Below, piece after piece: positions 10,003 through 18,796 of a stretch of DNA of 36,871 bases (position 1 is its first letter; each line of letters begins with the position of its first letter). The notes under the pieces are model-generated. The model saw nothing but the letters and a program-made list of their open reading frames with translations. It ran no database searches and was not told where the DNA came from. The position numbers and the translations under genes are program-made. Source of the DNA: an uncultured Candidatus Planktophila sp. (GTDB taxonomy: Bacteria; Actinomycetota; Actinomycetes; Nanopelagicales; Nanopelagicaceae); assembly GCA_964529875.1 (NCBI GenBank), contig CAZGXO010000001.1, positions 1 through 36,871 on the forward strand. The letters are read 5' to 3'.

Positions 10003-11028
10003 ATGCGTATTGGAATTCTTACTGGGGGCGGAGACTGCCCTGGACTTAATGGAGTTATTCGTGGCGTTGTCACAAAAGGAATTAAAGAATATGGCTACGA
10101 GTTTGTCGGTTTTCGCGATGGGTGGAAAGGTCCTCTAGAAGCGCTCACCATGCCGCTTGATCTGGCAACGGTAAAACCAATCTTGGCAAAGGGTGGAACC
10201 ATTCTTGGTTCATCACGCACCAATCCATTTAAGATCGAAAATGGAGTTGAGCGGATTAAGCAAAATCTTGCAGATCAAGGTATTGATGTGCTTGTTGCAA
10301 TTGGTGGCGAAGATACTTTGGGAGTAGCGACCAAGCTCGATGCGCTAGGTGTGAAAGTTGTTGGAGTTCCCAAAACTATTGATAATGATTTGAACAACAC
10401 TGATTTCACCTTTGGTTTTGATACTGCAGTCAATATTGCAATGGAGGCAATTGATCGATTGCACACCACAGCCGAATCTCATCACCGCCCACTCATAGTA
10501 GAAGTGATGGGTCGCCATGCAGGGTGGATTGCGCTGCACTCAGGACTCGCAGGGGATGCGGCATGCATCTTGATTCCTGAAGTTAAGTTCTCCGTGGAAA
10601 AAGTATGTGACTATGTAAAGTCGCGATTTAAGACTGGCACTGCCCCCATCATTGTGATTGCTGAAGGCGCAATCCCACAAGATGGAGATATGGTCACAAA
10701 AGATCAGCCACTTGATGCATTTGGCCACGTGCAGTTATCAGGAATTGGCGATTGGCTTGCTAAAGAGATTGAGTCTAAGACTGGTTATCAAACACGGTGC
10801 ACCGTACTTGGCCATATCCAGCGCGGTGGTGCTCCATCAGCTTTCGATCGAGTATTAAGTTCTCGATTTGGACTCGAAGCAATTACTGCAGTCCATGAAG
10901 GTGATTTCGGAAAGATGATGGCTCTTCACGGAACCGCAATTGCGCGCGTGCCGCTTGCTTCAGCGACAGATGTCCTCAAGACCGTGCCGGTAAACCGATA
11001 TGAGGAGATCACTTCGTTCTTTGGTTAA
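10003..11028 (+). CDS. pfkA: 6-phosphofructokinase, group III (PPi-type signature)
   Basis: TGGGDCPGLN, GGTILGSSR, GGEDT, PKTIDND, EVMGRHAGWIA, LGHIQRGG; GGAG RBS upstream. Confidence 0.93.
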   Translation: MRIGILTGGGDCPGLNGVIRGVVTKGIKEYGYEFVGFRDGWKGPLEALTMPLDLATVKPILAKGGTILGSSRTNPFKIENGVERIKQNLADQGIDVLVAIGGEDTLGVATKLDALGVKVVGVPKTIDNDLNNTDFTFGFDTAVNIAMEAIDRLHTTAESHHRPLIVEVMGRHAGWIALHSGLAGDAACILIPEVKFSVEKVCDYVKSRFKTGTAPIIVIAEGAIPQDGDMVTKDQPLDAFGHVQLSGIGDWLAKEIESKTGYQTRCTVLGHIQRGGAPSAFDRVLSSRFGLEAITAVHEGDFGKMMALHGTAIARVPLASATDVLKTVPVNRYEEITSFFG

Positions 11029-11070
11029 TCTCCTCGCGAGATTGCCGCTGAACTCTCTACGCTTATGTCC

Positions 11071-12426
11071 ATGAATTCTCCTTCCTCACAATTGGATTCA
11101 CTCTTTGACGCCGGGTTGGTTGCTGCGCAACAGCCGCAGTGGCCTGGCGGTAAGGATGGCGCGCCACTTAAAGATGCAGTTGCGCAACTGCGTTCACTTC
11201 CGCCACTTGTCTTTGCTGGCGAATGTGATGATCTAAAAGCGCGTATCGCAGAAGCTGCGGCAGGAAGAGCATTCTGGTTACAAGGTGGCGATTGCGCTGA
11301 AACATTTGCAGCTGCCACCGCCGATTCGATTCGCAATCGTATAAAAACTATTTTGCAGATGGCAGCAGTTCTTCAGTATTACTCCAGCCTTCCGGTTATC
11401 AAAGTCGGTCGCATGGCGGGGCAATTTGCTAAGCCACGATCGAATGACACTGAAACTCGCGGAGATATCACGCTTCCTGCTTATCGCGGAGATGCGGTTA
11501 ACGATATTGAATTTACTGAAAGCGCTCGAACCCCTGACCCCAACCGTTTGGTGCGGGTATATAACACTTCTGCTGCAACGCTCAATTTAGTTCGTGCATT
11601 TACTCAAGGTGGATTTGCAGATTTAAGACGGGTTCACGAGTGGAATAAAGGATTTATTCGCGATTCACAATTTGGTGAAAAATATGAGCAAATGGCTAAT
11701 GAAATTGGTCGCGCACTTGCATTTATGGAATCAGCCGGTGTTGATCCAGAGCAATTTAAAGCGGTGGATTTCTTTGCCAGCCATGAAGCGCTCATTATCG
11801 AATACGAGAAGGCGCTGACTCGTATCGATTCCCGCACACAACTTCCATATGATGTTTCTGGACATTTCATCTGGATCGGAGAGCGCACTCGCCAACTTGA
11901 TGGCGCACATGTTGATTTTGCTGCCAAAGTGCGCAATCCCATTGGCGTGAAGCTTGGACCAAAATCGACAGTGAATGAAGCGTTAGCGTTGATTGATAAG
12001 TTAAATCCAGATCGCGAACCAGGAAGGCTAACCTTTATCACGCGAATGGGTGCCAAGAATATTCGTGAAGTTCTGCCGGCTCTGGTTGATGGAGTGACAA
12101 AGAGTGGCGCAGAAGTTCTCTGGGTCTCGGACCCGATGCACGGAAATACCTTTGAAACCAAGAATGGCTATAAGACGCGCCACTTTGAAGATGTACTTGA
12201 TGAAGTACGTGGCTTCTTTGAAGTTCATAAGAAATTGGGAACCCATCCAGGCGGAATCCACATTGAACTTACCGGCGATGATGTGACCGAATGTCTTGGT
12301 GGCGGAAATCAAGTTTCTGAGAAGGATTTAGAGTCTCGCTACGAAACAGCGTGTGATCCACGTTTGAATCATTCGCAATCTCTAGAGCTCTCCTTCTTGG
12401 TTGCTGAAATGTTGCGCGACCGCTAA
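11071..12426 (+). CDS. Class II DAHP synthase (3-deoxy-7-phosphoheptulonate synthase)
   Basis: LQGGDCAETF, GRMAGQFAKPRS, WIGERTRQ, DPMHGNT, CDPRLN; ATG 11071 preferred over 11065 as TACGCT lies 7 nt upstream. Confidence 0.95.
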   Translation: MNSPSSQLDSLFDAGLVAAQQPQWPGGKDGAPLKDAVAQLRSLPPLVFAGECDDLKARIAEAAAGRAFWLQGGDCAETFAAATADSIRNRIKTILQMAAVLQYYSSLPVIKVGRMAGQFAKPRSNDTETRGDITLPAYRGDAVNDIEFTESARTPDPNRLVRVYNTSAATLNLVRAFTQGGFADLRRVHEWNKGFIRDSQFGEKYEQMANEIGRALAFMESAGVDPEQFKAVDFFASHEALIIEYEKALTRIDSRTQLPYDVSGHFIWIGERTRQLDGAHVDFAAKVRNPIGVKLGPKSTVNEALALIDKLNPDREPGRLTFITRMGAKNIREVLPALVDGVTKSGAEVLWVSDPMHGNTFETKNGYKTRHFEDVLDEVRGFFEVHKKLGTHPGGIHIELTGDDVTECLGGGNQVSEKDLESRYETACDPRLNHSQSLELSFLVAEMLRDR

Positions 12427-12436
12427 TTGTGCAGTT

Positions 12437-12931
12437 GTGACACTTCTGCAGACAGAGATTGCCACTCCCGTAGGTAAACTCAACATTATTGCGGATCAGC
12501 ATGTAGTACTTGCGGCAAATCTCTCCTCAATCAAATCGCTTCGTGAGAGTTTGAGCGATGAAGATTTTCGGCGCAAAATCAAGAGCGTCTCAAAAATTCC
12601 CGTCATCAGCCAACTTATCAGTGATTACTTTGATGGGGATGTTAATGCGCTCAATGCAATTGCTGTGCGCCAACCTGGTGGAGCCTTTTCACAGTCTGCT
12701 TGGAAAGCGATGAAGAAGATTAAACCGGGGAATGTAATTTCTTATGCAGATTTAGCAAGGCGAGCGGGAAGTCCCGCCGCAGTTCGCGCTGCAGGAAGCG
12801 CCTGTGCAAAAAATGCCATCGTGCTGATAGTTCCTTGCCACCGCATTGTGAAGACTGGTGGATTGCTCGGTAATTACGCGTATGGGCTATCGAAAAAAGA
12901 GTGGCTACTTCGCCATGAAGGCGCTTTGTAA
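12437..12931 (+). CDS. ogt: Methylated-DNA-protein-cysteine methyltransferase
   Basis: SYADLA, AVRAAGSACAKN, VPCHRIV active site, KEWLLRHE; start probably GTG 12437 (track start 12401 overlaps upstream gene). Confidence 0.9.
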   Translation: MTLLQTEIATPVGKLNIIADQHVVLAANLSSIKSLRESLSDEDFRRKIKSVSKIPVISQLISDYFDGDVNALNAIAVRQPGGAFSQSAWKAMKKIKPGNVISYADLARRAGSPAAVRAAGSACAKNAIVLIVPCHRIVKTGGLLGNYAYGLSKKEWLLRHEGAL

Positions 12932-13939
12932 TACCGCAATTGCCTCATCACACTGGGCATCATCAAAATCAAGATGTGTAACTAACCTTGCGTAATACTT
13001 ACCTAGCGCGCTGATCAGCAGCCCAGAGTTTTTACATCTCTCGCTCAAATCAACTGCTGTAATTCCGGTTGTTTCTAGATTTAAACCGACGATGTTGGTC
13101 GCTACCTTCTTTGGATCAATAAGTGTGGAATTAATTGCTGCTAAAGCTTGGGCTAATTTCTGTGCACGGGCATGATCCTGCGCCAAACGGTTGATGTTGT
13201 GATCGAGCGCGAAGTGGCCCGCTGCAGCCACAATTCCCACTTGTCGCATACCTGCACCGTATCTTTTACGCCAAATTCGAGCTGTTGCAATGCGCTCTTT
13301 TCCAGAAATCATGAGCGAACCAATGGGAGCGCCAAGCCCTTTAGAGAGACAGACGCTTATGGTGTCGAAATGTTTTCCATACTCTTGCAAAGTTACACCG
13401 GAGGCAACATGGGCATTCCAAATTCTTGCACCATCTAGGTGCATAGAAATTCCACGTGCATGAGCTGATGTTGCTAACTTCTCAATTTCGGTGATTGGCG
13501 CAACTGTTCCCCCGCCAAAGTTATGAGTATTCTCAACAGCAATCGCTGCAGTAGAAACTAGATATGGCCCTGCATTTTCGTGGGCAATTTCTAGCGGATC
13601 TGCAGCTCGCAACATGCCATCTGGGGCATGCCACGTGCGAGTTGTGATTCCACTGAATGTTGCGCCAGCACCTAATTCGGCGCGGACAATATGTGAACGC
13701 GTTTCAGTCAGTAATTCTTCACCTGGTTTTACTAGCATCCGAATAGAAAGTTGATTGGCAAGGGAACCAGTAGGGCAGAAGAGCGCAGCTTCATGGCCAA
13801 AGAGCGCCGCCACTCTCTCTTCGAGTGAGTTAACCGTTGGATCATCGCCGTAGACATCATCTCCGACAGGAGCATCTGCCATGGCAGCACGCATTGCAGG
13901 TGATGGCTTAGTGACAGTATCCGAACGAAGATCAATCAT
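12905..13939 (-). CDS. ltaE: Low-specificity L-threonine aldolase
   Basis: DLRSDTVTKP, VGDDVYGDDPTV, HLDGARIWNA, CLSKGLGAPIGS (PLP lysine). Confidence 0.94.
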   Translation of the reverse strand: MIDLRSDTVTKPSPAMRAAMADAPVGDDVYGDDPTVNSLEERVAALFGHEAALFCPTGSLANQLSIRMLVKPGEELLTETRSHIVRAELGAGATFSGITTRTWHAPDGMLRAADPLEIAHENAGPYLVSTAAIAVENTHNFGGGTVAPITEIEKLATSAHARGISMHLDGARIWNAHVASGVTLQEYGKHFDTISVCLSKGLGAPIGSLMISGKERIATARIWRKRYGAGMRQVGIVAAAGHFALDHNINRLAQDHARAQKLAQALAAINSTLIDPKKVATNIVGLNLETTGITAVDLSERCKNSGLLISALGKYYARLVTHLDFDDAQCDEAIAVLQSAFMAK

Positions 13940-14802
13940 GTAACAGGCTCCTTCAGCACAATCATAAAGATAGCGGTCAAGACCAAGATGCCGCCAATGA
14001 GAGCTTTCAGAGTCAAGGTTTCAGAACCAAAGATCACAGCGAAGATTGCGGCAAAGACAACTTCCATCGTCAAAATCACCGCAACTTTGGTCGCTGACAT
14101 GTGAGCTTGCGCCCATGTTTGCACGATAAAAGCGATAGCAGTGCATAGGACTGCTGTGTAAAAGACGACTAACCACCCACTTGTGTTGACTGGCGCTTTA
14201 TACCCTTGCGCAAAGGAAATTACTCCAGTCATGAGAGCGCATGTCGTTAATTGAATAACGGTGAGGGCGTAGATATCTAAACCATTACTCCATTTACTCA
14301 ATGCAATTATGTGTGCGGCAAATGAAATGGCGCAGAGAAAGACGAGAAATTCACCGTAGCCGATGCTCCAGCCTTTTAAGGAGAGGAGTGCTAAACCAAG
14401 GGTTGCCGTGGCGACACAGAGCCAGGTAAATCTATTGATTTTCACCTTTAATACCAGTGCCGCCAATACAGGAGTGGCCACAACATAGAGCCCGGTAATA
14501 AATCCAGTAATCGCGGCCCCCGCACGAGCTAGCCCTAAGGTCTGCAAAATATATCCAGCGCCAAGAAATAAACCTGCAATGGAACCCTTTTTGAGAAGTT
14601 CAGGAGTGAACCGTGAAATCACAGATGGTTTTATTAAGAGCAGGGCTATTACTGCAAAAAAGAATCGCGTAAAGAGGAAGCTATTAACATTCTGTTTTGC
14701 AATGGGATCTTTCATGACCACAAAGGCCATTCCCCAAGCAGCAGAAACCGCAAGTAGTGCCACTGGAGCAAACTTTAATTTCGCCGAATGCTCAGTAATC
14801 AT
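13936..14802 (-). CDS. DMT/EamA family transporter
   Basis: 288 aa, about 10 TM, AWG..F, QTLGL, QTWAQ, EVVFA motifs; 4-nt overlaps with neighbours. Confidence 0.85.
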   Translation of the reverse strand: MITEHSAKLKFAPVALLAVSAAWGMAFVVMKDPIAKQNVNSFLFTRFFFAVIALLLIKPSVISRFTPELLKKGSIAGLFLGAGYILQTLGLARAGAAITGFITGLYVVATPVLAALVLKVKINRFTWLCVATATLGLALLSLKGWSIGYGEFLVFLCAISFAAHIIALSKWSNGLDIYALTVIQLTTCALMTGVISFAQGYKAPVNTSGWLVVFYTAVLCTAIAFIVQTWAQAHMSATKVAVILTMEVVFAAIFAVIFGSETLTLKALIGGILVLTAIFMIVLKEPVT

Positions 14803-15668
14803 CCGCGAAGCTTTTTGAGAAGTGCAACTTCTTTGCCATGTTCAGGCTCTGCACCAGGTGTCTCAAGAATCAATGGTGCATTGGCTACTGCCGGATGAGC
14901 TAACAATTCTGCAAAGGGATCTACTCCAATAAAGCCATCTCCTATATTTTGATGGCGATCTTTTAGCGCTCCGCAAACATCCATGGAATCGTTGGCATGT
15001 ATCAGTTGTATCCGCTCTACTCCAGCAATTTCCACAAGCAAATCGAGCGTCTCTTTCATGCCGCCTTTTTTGGCGATGTCATGACCTGCAGCAAAGACAT
15101 GGCAAGTATCGAGACAGATACCCACTTTCGGGTGATTCTCCAGAGCTTGCAAATAGTTTGCTAAATCATCAAGCTTTTTGACGAGAGATTGTCCTTGACC
15201 TGCAGTGGGCTCGAGTAATAAAAACGGTGCTTCATCATCAAGGGATTCCAAGATGGGCATGACGCCTTTTTTAATCTGCTTCCATGCATTGGCAACATTC
15301 TCTTCTTTTACTGCAGAACCTGTGTGAACGACAACTCCCAATGCGCCAATTTCTTGACCGCGCTTGAGTGAATATGCTGTTGAAGCGAGCGAATTCTTAT
15401 ATGTATCTTCAGTCGGAGAACCTAAATTAATCAGAAATGGTGCATGCACGTAGGTTTCAAGATCTAGAGCCTCTGCCTTTTCGCGAAAGAGCGCATCAGC
15501 GTCATGATTTGTCTCGGGCATCGCCCATCCACGTGGATTTGAAGTAAAGACTTGAATTGCCTCTGCTGCGATTGTTTCTGCATAATCAATTGAACGTTTT
15601 GCCATGCCTCCAGAAGTCGGTACATGGGCGCCAATACGTGGCTTCTTCAGATTCTTCGCCGATGGCAT
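14799..15668 (-). CDS. nfo: Endonuclease IV (AP endonuclease)
   Basis: IGAHV, QVFTSNPRGW, VHAPFLINL, LEPTAGQG, CLDTCH, HANDS, DRH, ILETP. Confidence 0.93.
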   Translation of the reverse strand: MPSAKNLKKPRIGAHVPTSGGMAKRSIDYAETIAAEAIQVFTSNPRGWAMPETNHDADALFREKAEALDLETYVHAPFLINLGSPTEDTYKNSLASTAYSLKRGQEIGALGVVVHTGSAVKEENVANAWKQIKKGVMPILESLDDEAPFLLLEPTAGQGQSLVKKLDDLANYLQALENHPKVGICLDTCHVFAAGHDIAKKGGMKETLDLLVEIAGVERIQLIHANDSMDVCGALKDRHQNIGDGFIGVDPFAELLAHPAVANAPLILETPGAEPEHGKEVALLKKLRG

Positions 15669-15672
15669 TCGC

Positions 15673-17595
15673 TTAGCCTACTGTGATTGTTACTGTGCTA
15701 CCACGCTTTACCTTAGTACCAACTTTTGGAGAAATATTTGTCACCTTTTTCACCGCTTTTGTTCCAATCTTCTTCACTACTACCTTGAGGCTCAAATCTT
15801 TTAGAGCACGTATCGCCTTTGCTTCCTCTATAGAGTAGATATTGGGTATGTAGGCAAATTGAGTACCTTTGGAAATTACCAATGTAATTTTTCCACCTTT
15901 ATCTGCAGTGCCGCCACCTGCAGGTTGTTGCGACACTACTTCTCCTGCCAATTGTGTTTCACTGTATGCATAGGTGGGTTTGACATTAAATCCCGCATCT
16001 TGCAATTCATTTAAAGCTTGATCGGCGCTCTTTCCAACATACGAAGCAAGTGCAACCTGCTCAATACCTTTCGAGATGCGGATAACAACCAAAGCATTTC
16101 GCTTAACCTTCTCACCGGATGGTGGATCTGAATCAATGACGTATCCCGTAGGAATCTTCGAGTTAAATTCTTCTGAATCTGGTTGAAGTGAAACGGGAAT
16201 TTTGCCTAACTCTGTACGTGCGGCACTTGCAGTCAACCCCTTTACTTGAGGAAGTACAAAGCGTTCTGGCCCTTTAGAGATAATCAATTTGACGGTGCCA
16301 CCTTGGTCGACTCGTCCGCCAGCTTCGGGGATTGATTGAATGACCCGACCTGCAGAGATCTCTTCGCTAAATCTCTTTTCCGCGACGAGCGAAGTTAAGC
16401 CAAGGGGTTTCAGCGCTGCATTTACCTCATTTTGAGTGGCGCCAACAGTAGAAGGTACGGCTACTCGCGATCCAGGTCCGATTAAGACATACCAACCGAC
16501 GATGCCAACGACAACTGCTAGGACAAATGCAATCTTGCGATTGCGCCTCACACGTTTGCTTGCCCTTCTCTTCTTAGCAACTTCAGCCGTGCTCTCTTTG
16601 TTAACTTGATTGTTAACTTGATTGGTAACTGGAATAGGAAGCGATTCTGATATTTCACGTATTTTTTTGCGTAGCGATTTAGGCTGCTTCTTTGGTCGCA
16701 TGGGTTCAATCGGAATATCAAGCTCTAGGCTCAATTGCTTCTCATTGGGATTAAGTGAGTGACTAATCTTTGAAAGAGCCTCATAGAAGGCGCCTGCATC
16801 TCTCGGCCGCTCATCAGGATTTGGATTTGTTGCAGCAAATATCAACTCATCGAGTTCTTTTGGAACGTTGGAAATCAAAGTACTCATTTTTGGTACACGC
16901 TCATTGACGTGTTTATATGCAATTTGAATAGGTTCGACGCCTTCATACGGTTTATTTCCGGTAAAGATCTCAAATGCTGTGATGCCAATTGAATAAACAT
17001 CGCTGCGCGAATCAGCCACACCGCGTTGAACTTGCTCGGGGGAGAGGTAAGACACCGAACCTAAAATCACGCTTGCCTCTGCTGTCATCGCTCCACCCAG
17101 AGTAGGTCCTTTGGCCAGACCAAAATCTGCAATTTTGATACGCCCCTCTTTAGATATCAAAATATTCTCAGGTTTAATATCGCGATGTACGATCCCAGAT
17201 TTATGTGCAGCTGATAGAGCGCTCAGCACTGGTAATAAAAATTTAATTCCATCAGCAAAATTTAATTTTCCTTGTTCATTAAGAAATTCGCGGAGCGTAT
17301 GACCTTCGATAAGTTCCATCACTAAGAAAATTGCTGGTACGCCACTTTGATTCCACCCTTGATCCTGAACAGCCACAATATTGGGATGGGAGAGCGCCGC
17401 AGCCGCTTTAGCTTCGCGGATAAATCTCTCTACAAATTGTTCATCTTGAGCAAGATGGGAATGCATGATCTTGACCGCAACTTTGCGATCTAAGCGAGTA
17501 TCGAGAGCCTCATAAATCGTTGCCATTCCACCAGATGCCATGAGCCGGATGAGTTGATATCGGCTATCAATCAGCTCTCCAGTTAAGTCAGACAT
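15673..17595 (-). CDS. Stk1/PknB-family PASTA-domain Ser/Thr kinase (PknL-like by position)
   Basis: GGMATIY, VAVK, VHRDIKPEN, DFG, YLSPEQ; one TM; about four PASTA repeats. Confidence 0.93.
   Translation of the reverse strand: MSDLTGELIDSRYQLIRLMASGGMATIYEALDTRLDRKVAVKIMHSHLAQDEQFVERFIREAKAAAALSHPNIVAVQDQGWNQSGVPAIFLVMELIEGHTLREFLNEQGKLNFADGIKFLLPVLSALSAAHKSGIVHRDIKPENILISKEGRIKIADFGLAKGPTLGGAMTAEASVILGSVSYLSPEQVQRGVADSRSDVYSIGITAFEIFTGNKPYEGVEPIQIAYKHVNERVPKMSTLISNVPKELDELIFAATNPNPDERPRDAGAFYEALSKISHSLNPNEKQLSLELDIPIEPMRPKKQPKSLRKKIREISESLPIPVTNQVNNQVNKESTAEVAKKRRASKRVRRNRKIAFVLAVVVGIVGWYVLIGPGSRVAVPSTVGATQNEVNAALKPLGLTSLVAEKRFSEEISAGRVIQSIPEAGGRVDQGGTVKLIISKGPERFVLPQVKGLTASAARTELGKIPVSLQPDSEEFNSKIPTGYVIDSDPPSGEKVKRNALVVIRISKGIEQVALASYVGKSADQALNELQDAGFNVKPTYAYSETQLAGEVVSQQPAGGGTADKGGKITLVISKGTQFAYIPNIYSIEEAKAIRALKDLSLKVVVKKIGTKAVKKVTNISPKVGTKVKRGSTVTITVG
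16598..16630. repeat. 12-bp in-frame tandem repeat (about 2.7 copies) in kinase juxtamembrane linker
   Basis: TTGTTAACTTGA TTGTTAACTTGA TTGGTAACT, encoding VTNQVNNQVNK. Confidence 0.7.
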
Positions 17596-17605
17596 ATCCC
17601 TAATT

Positions 17606-18142
17606 CTAGGTAGTCAGTATGAAATCTGCCCGATTCTTAGTATCTTCATTGTCAAAGTGTTGCTGTTGTGTCTTAAGCCATTTTTGCATCTGAACTTTAA
17701 TGTGGTCACCATCTCGATTAAGTACGCGCCGCAAACCCTCTTCCGGTTCCAGGTCAATCCAAATAAGCGCCGAGAGAAATTCTTCAACGCCTCGCTGCCC
17801 GCTACCAACGCCTTCGAGAATTAAGAGATTGCGGGAAGGAAGTTCGTCGCTTTCGGAAAAAGCGCCTTGCACCCAGTCGTAGCGCTGATAGCGAATGGGC
17901 CTTTCCGATTTATGTAAGTCAACTATTGTGAAGATCTTCTGTAAAAGTGCGGAGGAAAGTGCATTATCCCAACCGTCATATAGGTCATCCATATGAATAA
18001 TCGTGGAACTTTTTCTTGCGCCAAATCCGCGAGCGATGTTTTCCGCAAGCGTTGTCTTACCAGCACCAGCTGGACCATCGATAGCGATGACCGGCTGGTG
18101 AGAGTTTTTAGAGAGATCTAAGAGCGCGTCGATGAGATTCAT
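17606..18142 (-). CDS. P-loop nucleoside kinase-like protein (uridine kinase/NK superfamily)
   Basis: IAIDGPAGAGKTT, HMDDLYDGW, YQRYDW, ILEGVG; ATG 18142 has GGAG upstream and overlaps the PnuC 3' end. Confidence 0.8.
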   Translation of the reverse strand: MNLIDALLDLSKNSHQPVIAIDGPAGAGKTTLAENIARGFGARKSSTIIHMDDLYDGWDNALSSALLQKIFTIVDLHKSERPIRYQRYDWVQGAFSESDELPSRNLLILEGVGSGQRGVEEFLSALIWIDLEPEEGLRRVLNRDGDHIKVQMQKWLKTQQQHFDNEDTKNRADFILTT

Positions 18143-18698
18143 ACCAACGACTCCATCCAAGTGCGGCCATTATTGTGAAAACGATGTAGAGCAAAGTTGT
18201 AAAGAGAAGGCCTTGTGATGCATATAGGGCTACGTAACCTGCATCAACGATAAGCCAGAGCGGCCAATTTTCATATTTTTCATACACCATCAATATTTGC
18301 GCAGCAAAACTTCCAAAGAAGAGAATCGCATCAACATATGTGGATGCCGCTCCAATCGCCTGCAAAACTGGCCCTAAAGCGAGCGTTGCAATGAGTATTG
18401 CAACAATTGTGTAGACACGGACTCTTCTTTTACATGGACCAGGCTTGGCACCACTTGGTTCCCATCCAAACCAACCGACAACAGCAGCTGCGATAAAGAC
18501 AAGTTGCAAGGCAGCGCTGGCATATAACTTAAATTGCAGAAAGAAGGCGCCATACAGGGCGCTACTGAGAGCCCACCAAGGCCAAGTGATTCGCTTTCCT
18601 GTAATTCCTAAACCGACCCCAATGAAAGAAGTGAGTGATGCAATAAATTCCAAGTATGAAACTTGATATCCCCAGGCGATAAAAAAAGTTTGTGACAC
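18108..18698 (-). CDS. pnuC: PnuC-family vitamin transporter (probably thiamine-type, PnuT)
   Basis: WPW in TM2, GWFGW, YENWPLWLIVD, terminal GWSRW motifs; GAGGT RBS; TPP-like RNA upstream. Confidence 0.88.
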   Translation of the reverse strand: MSQTFFIAWGYQVSYLEFIASLTSFIGVGLGITGKRITWPWWALSSALYGAFFLQFKLYASAALQLVFIAAAVVGWFGWEPSGAKPGPCKRRVRVYTIVAILIATLALGPVLQAIGAASTYVDAILFFGSFAAQILMVYEKYENWPLWLIVDAGYVALYASQGLLFTTLLYIVFTIMAALGWSRWYESHRRALRSL

Positions 18699-18706
18699 TG
18701 ATACCT

Positions 18707-18794
18707 CATTTCTAGATCCGCATTACCGGACCAGTCAGACGGTCGACCTCACGTATGAAGTCCTCTCAGCCACCTTGGCTCCCGTGTGGAAATA
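18707..18794 (-). ncRNA. TPP-riboswitch-like RNA, variant P4/P5 arm
   Basis: Minus strand: UAUUUC CAC ACGG GAGCC AAGGU GGCUGAGAG GACUUC AUACGU GAGGUC GA CCGU CUGAC UGGUCCG GUAAUG CGGAUCUA GAAAUG; P1, P2, P3, UGAGA, P3a and UAAU loop all identifiable. Confidence 0.85.
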
Positions 18795-18796
18795 CT

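Noticed and set aside
18700..18796. FMN riboswitch or NAD-type riboswitch expected upstream of a PnuC/RibM-like gene
   Set aside because: No FMN consensus (GGGGUGAAAUUCCC...GGAUGRRAG) is present; the sequence fits the TPP scaffold instead.
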